From: Azolla caroliniana
Taxonomy: Eukaryota > Plantae > Polypodiophyta
DNA: 64,000 bases
NCBI GenBank assembly: GCA_043228905.1
Contig: JBHGNT010000013.1
Coordinates: 7,874,001 to 7,938,000 of the forward strand
Direction of reading: 5' to 3'
Both the position numbers and the translations under genes were made by a program. Each line of letters begins with the position of its first letter. The stretch's first letter is position 1. Shown in pieces: positions 59,032 to 64,000 of this stretch. The notes beneath the pieces are model-generated. The model did no database searches and was not told the DNA's origin. It was given only the letters and a program-made list of their open reading frames with translations.

Positions 59032-61689
59032 CTATTCCTGTAGCTCTTCATCCGAATTGTTCAGAATATCAAAAATCGAAGGCTCATCTGGCCTTGGATG
59101 TATTCCACCTATATCTTCCTCTTCATCTTCATCTGTGTCACAGTCGTCCTTCGGAGCAGGTTGTGATTCGGTTGGCTGCTCTGGTTCACTTCTTCCTGAA
59201 GCTTGAATACCAGGAGTCTTGCTGGTTCTTTCGGCTTCGATTTTATCCAACTCGACGGAAGTGCCTATATCATTTTTGTCGAATTCTTGCATAATACGTT
59301 GAATTTCTTCTCTGTAAAATGCCGCAATTTCGTCCATATCTTTCATGATATCCTCTTGGATATTGTCAATATCCTTTTGTGCCATTTTAAAGAAACCTGC
59401 ACCTTGGACCTGACGGTTATTTTTGTCGGCACGCAATAACTATAATTCCGCCGCTTGTGCTGTCCATAACTTCCATCCTTGCGCAAGGGATTCATCGATC
59501 ATTTTCTTTGCTAGGTTTTGATGTTTCCCTATGATGTGCTGCACTTTGTCCCTAGTGATGCTTGCGACGTATTGGGCGGTCTGCAACTCTTTCTGTAAAT
59601 CCGTAATAGTGGTTCGGTTCTCACTTTCAACTCGCATTAGTTTGGATTCGACTACATATATATCCAGCCGTCTTTGTTCCGATATCTTCCGAATTTCGTC
59701 CAGTTGTTGTTCGAATGCCGATTTCTCTTTACTCCATTCCTCCTGCTGTTCCGTCATTCTTCTGTTGACTTCTTCAAGACTCCGCTCTTTTTCTGTCAAT
59801 TGACTTTCCTGTGACACTATATACCTTTCGAATTCTTCAATTTGTTCGGTATATGTATGATTGGCCGTCTTAGCTTCTTCTAGATTTTTCTGTAATTCGT
59901 TTATTACTTGATTTTTTTCTTCGAGAACTTTGTATTGACCATTCTGAATGGTTTCTATTTGTTTTTCTAATTCTGTAGTTCGAAATACAGCATTGTTGGC
60001 CCTTGTTGTTTCTGCTTGACGTGCTTTCTCAGCGTCCTCCAATTTCTGCTGCCATTCTGACTCCGACACCATAAGCCGTGCCTGTGTTTCCCATTTGTTT
60101 AGACTTTCCTTTAGTTCTTTATTTTCTGCCTGTATGTTACAAAACTGATGTTTCAGCACCTCCGCCGATGCTGATACACTTTTGTATCTTTCAGCCATAT
60201 CACTGGCTGCTTTGCGTGGCGTTTCATATTCTTTATGAATTTCGACCAGTGCTTCATGTAATGGTGGCATTTCAATAGCCTCCCCTCTATTCTGTGCACT
60301 TCTTTTCCGGCCTATTTTCTCTATCTCTGCTTTTTCTTGAGGTTCCAACACTCCTCGTAAGGCTTTCTGTATCATTATTCGGTCATTATGTTCTTGAGCC
60401 AGCCGTTCTGATACTTCTGTCAGTCTTTTAGCCAACCATTCAACCAGTTCGTATGAAGTTCCGAACTGTAAAATGGCAGCTAATTCATGTGCTGCTGGTG
60501 GGATATCCAAGTACCCATGTGCTTCCCGAATTGCTACTTTTGAAGATTGTCCTTGGTGAGGTTGTGTCGAAACGCTCTCATTCCCTGGTTTTAGTACTTC
60601 TGTTACCACAGGCGTATTCGAATTTTCATTTGTGCGTTGCCTTTTCGGTGCTGATCCCTCACTGTTTTCTGGTTGGAATTGCCGATTAGCCTTTTGTTTA
60701 ATCCTTGTCCTTTGTCGCATCTTCTCTGCTTGTTGTCGATTTTCTGTCGGCTGTTGGTTGTTTATCAAATTGTCAACTGTTTCTTGTTCGGCTGCTGGTT
60801 GCCTGTTTTCGGAATTCTCTGGTCTTGGTGGTTCCGACTGAGGCATATTCGTTTGTATATTATCGGCATGTGCCGATTCTTCTTCAATCCATTCTTCATG
60901 TACTACCTGTCGGTGTCTTCGTGGTGCTTGTACTATCGGTGGTCTTCTTGACTGAACAGGAGTTTCCGATTCTTGAATCGGAAATAATACCGATAACCAA
61001 CGACCAAAAATTTGCTTCATCGGTTTTCCTGTTTTTACCCCTTGTAGCTGCTCTCTCAGAGCTTCCCCCGACAATAGTGGCCAGTTGAAATCCTCTTTTT
61101 CGTATGCGGCTATGATAAACCCAGCCCTTTTTTTCGGCATACAATAAAAACGAGGACTGACAAATCCCACCTCTAATAAAAATCTAGCCACTTCATGAAA
61201 AAACTCATCCCGACCTCCATAAGTCTGATATGCTTTTGCCGAGGGTGAGTATTCCCCGAAATACGATTGGAGTGCTTCTGATGAAGGTTTTTTAACTACC
61301 TCAAAGCCTCCTCTTGGCATCTGTAATGCATTTCGTATTTTCTTTGTGGTGATTTTGGTGATGTCTATTTGTTGTACCAATTCTTCCGCCTGCGGATGAG
61401 GTTCCGCTTCTGCTACTTTGATGAAACCTTGTAAGTTTCTCTCATGAAGCCACAATCGCAGTTCTTCAGATACAGGAATCGGCATGACTTCTGTGTTTCC
61501 TTGTTCTGAATCACTTGTCCATAACGGTTGCAGATCTGCACAGTTTCTGTAGCGATGAAAATCAGAAAAACAGAGTTTGGGCGAACTAGGGCACGAAGGC
61601 TCAGACTGTTTCGATATCTGCACTCGTTTCCGTTGTTTTGGCGACACAGACGATACAGAAATATGCTTTAAAGATATTAACTTATGCAT
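59032..61689 (-). CDS. Element E extra ORF (~800-880 aa, one premature TAG at ~59440), coiled-coil protein of unknown function
   Basis: 749-aa and 134-aa ORFs in the same frame; the start homologous to C and D is MPIPVSEE (~61485). Confidence 0.8.
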
Positions 61690-61893
61690 GATGACTTAAA
61701 GAATAGTAATTGTTATTAATGTAGGAATTAATTAGTATTCACTCTACGTGTAGTGGTTGTACTCCTTACTAATAATCATGCAATTCCTCTTTCTATTTAT
61801 AGTCGATTCATACTGTTATGGCAAGATTGTATTGCTGCATTTGACAAGAACTATTGAGTGAGTTAGTTAGTTTATTTATTTATTTATTTATTT

Positions 61894-64000
61894 TTACTCT
61901 TCCGTTTGAATAAACGGATTTACCGGCATATCTCCCAAATACGGTTTAAGCCGGAATCCATTTACCCATTTCGGTAAAACCTCTCCGGTTAATGATCCCA
62001 GCTGGTACGTACCATTTTTACTATTAATTATCCATACTGGACCTGTCCATCTATACCGGAGTTTCCCAGGCATAAGTCCCATTCTCGTCTGGAATACCAA
62101 TACCGGTTTCCCAATTTCGAATTGCTCTTCCGATTTCCTTCGATGTCGATTTACGAATGCCTTGATTTGTCTCTGCTTGTGTTCTAGTGCTGACATTGAT
62201 TGAATCCGTTCTTCTTCTAATACTAATAAAGCCTCTTTGCGTATCTGCTCCGATTCTATTTCATTTAACTTATTCGTTGCTTGGATACGAAGTGTCGGAA
62301 TTTGAAATTCGATCGGCATAACGGCTTCGAGTCCGAATGCCATTCGGAAAGGTGTTGATTTAATGGATGTTTTGTACGAAGTACGATATGCCCATAATGC
62401 ACTATTTAACTTTTGATCCCAATCAGTACGATTTTCATTCACTATCTTCTTTAAAATTGTTTGAATTGTTTTATTTGTCGATTCTGCCAATCCATTAGCT
62501 TGGGGATAGTAAGGCGTACTTTTCTTATGAACTACGGCATAGTAATTGGTTAATTCGTTAATTAACTTGTTAATAAAATGAGTGCCTTGATCGCTTACCA
62601 ATTCTATTGGGCAACCGAATCGACACCATATATACTCATACAGGAATTTTGCTGTGGATGCTGCTGTATTGTCCCTGAGAGCTTTTGCTTCAACCCATTT
62701 TGTGCAATAGTCAGTCGCAATTATGATATATCGATTACCGGTTCTTGCAGCTGCTGGTTTGAATGGACCAACAAAATCTAAGCCCCATTTCTGAAATGGC
62801 TCAAGAGGTAAAACCGGTTGAAAAGGCATTCGATCCTTTTCGGTTGGTTGCCCCATTCTTTGTCACAAATCGCATTTCTTACAGTATTCGTTAGCATCTT
62901 TCATCACCGTTGGCCACCATAACCCGCTATTCCATATTTTTCTGGCTGTTGCTTCTCCTACGTAATGACCGCCAGCAATTCCACAATGTGACTCTGTTAA
63001 TATGGCTGATTTTTCAAATTTTCGTACTGCCCTTCGCCATATTCCATCCGCTCCTTTATGATACAATATGTCATTAAATAAACAAAAATTCCGACTTCGT
63101 ACTGCAATTCTTTTTCTTTCATCTGTCGACATGTGTTTGGCCGGAATTCCTGTTGATAGAAATATCGTCATTTCGGAAATCCATTCATCCTCTTTTTCCT
63201 CATTCACTTCATGTGCTTTTACTGCCTCAACCCGAAATAATTGAGTATCTGGAAAATCATCTTTAACCCCAACCGCTTCTTCTCCAGACTCAAGCCGACT
63301 GAGATAGTCAGCAATCGCGTGCTGTGCTCCTGGTCAATGTATAATGTCGAATTCAAACTCTTGAAGCAATAACGTCCATCTGGCTAACTTGCCTGTCAAT
63401 TCTTGTTTGGAAACTAGATACAGTAAAGCCGAATGATCCACATGAAATGTAAATTTCTTACCCAAAAGGTAATGTCGAAATTTGTTCACACTATATATCA
63501 TTCCCAAAGCTTCTCTTTCGGTTGTTGAATAGTTTCTTTCGGCCGACGAAAGTTTCCTACTGGCATAGTATACCGGCCTATACCAGTTTGGTTCGGATAA
63601 TTGCATTAAAGCACTGCCTATGGCAATGTCCGACGCATCGACGAAAACATGAAATGGTTTGTTCCAGTCCGGTGGTTGAACTACCGGAACCTTCGTCAGC
63701 ATCTTCTTGAGACATTCGTATGCATCTTGTTCTATACTTGTCCATATAAAAGGAACTTTGTGTACTGCTATGTGTAACGGGATAACAATGTCTGCTAGAT
63801 ATCTCATCATTCTACTGTGCCACCGAATTTGACCCAAAAATCTACTTAGAGCTTTAGCATTTGTTGGTGGTGTTGCCTCAATAATTGCTTTAACTTTGTC
63901 TGGGTCCACTGCAATCCCTTCTTGACTGACAATATGCCCAAGTAACGTACCACTCATTACTCCGAATGCGCATTTGGCTGGATTTAAGCTAAGACGCCCT
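61894..64000 (-). pseudogene. Element E pol (RT C-terminus, RNase H, integrase)
   Basis: LLGHIVSQEGI, FVDASD, NYSTTERE, WGLDFVGP, SDQGTHF, WTGP; isolated stops. Confidence 0.95.

Larger units (their letters stand above)
58564..64000 (-). mobile_element. Ty3/gypsy element E (D-like, more AT-rich), runs off the window end
   Basis: 3' LTR 58564-58987 (TGTTA..TAACA); extra ORF; integrase, RNase H and RT closely similar to D proteins. Confidence 0.93.

Noticed and set aside
59437-59442. Programmed stop-codon readthrough in E's extra ORF
   Set aside because: D and C have Gln/His at this position (AELQTLRAD, AELHSLRAD), so a CAG>TAG deamination is the simpler explanation.
59440-61689. Host SMC/myosin-like gene or true envelope gene
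   Set aside because: It lies inside element E at the same position as homologues in C and D, with no introns, ATPase motifs, signal peptide or transmembrane segment visible.

Overview
This window is a eukaryotic, plant-type heterochromatic block made almost entirely of nested LTR retrotransposons. A bryophyte or other non-seed-plant host is my inference from the element lineages. I recognise no host gene. It holds four Ty1/copia copies of one family (tRNA-Met PBS where the 5' end survives) plus two fragments; Ty3/gypsy elements with a tRNA-Trp PBS and 4-bp TSDs (A 5258-22401, B 24520-31700, non-autonomous G 46651-50498, solo LTR 42537-43143); non-chromovirus Athila/Tat-like gypsy elements on the minus strand (D 10771-19882, C ~34195-40949, F ~46012-52724, E 58564->64000; D, C and E carry a large extra ORF); a decayed chromovirus; and a second solo LTR. 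Nesting reaches four levels (copia0 > copia1 > A > D). The most striking observation is in D, C and E, whose LTRs look unrelated. Each lacks a polypurine tract. Instead, exactly 2 nt from the 3' LTR, each carries a sense-strand copy of a tRNA 3' end (T-arm plus acceptor strand plus CCA) with a covarying 13-nt hairpin inserted after the A58-equivalent. This suggests PPT-independent, possibly second-tRNA, priming. Other signals are a conserved -1 frameshift pseudoknot, a covarying pre-PPT hairpin, antisense Pol III-like boxes in LTRs, CAG/CTG avoidance in the Trp family, a double PPT with a C-terminal extension in copia, and a fold-back inversion. All coordinates were read by eye. tRNA and lineage assignments come from recalled consensus sequences, not database searches.
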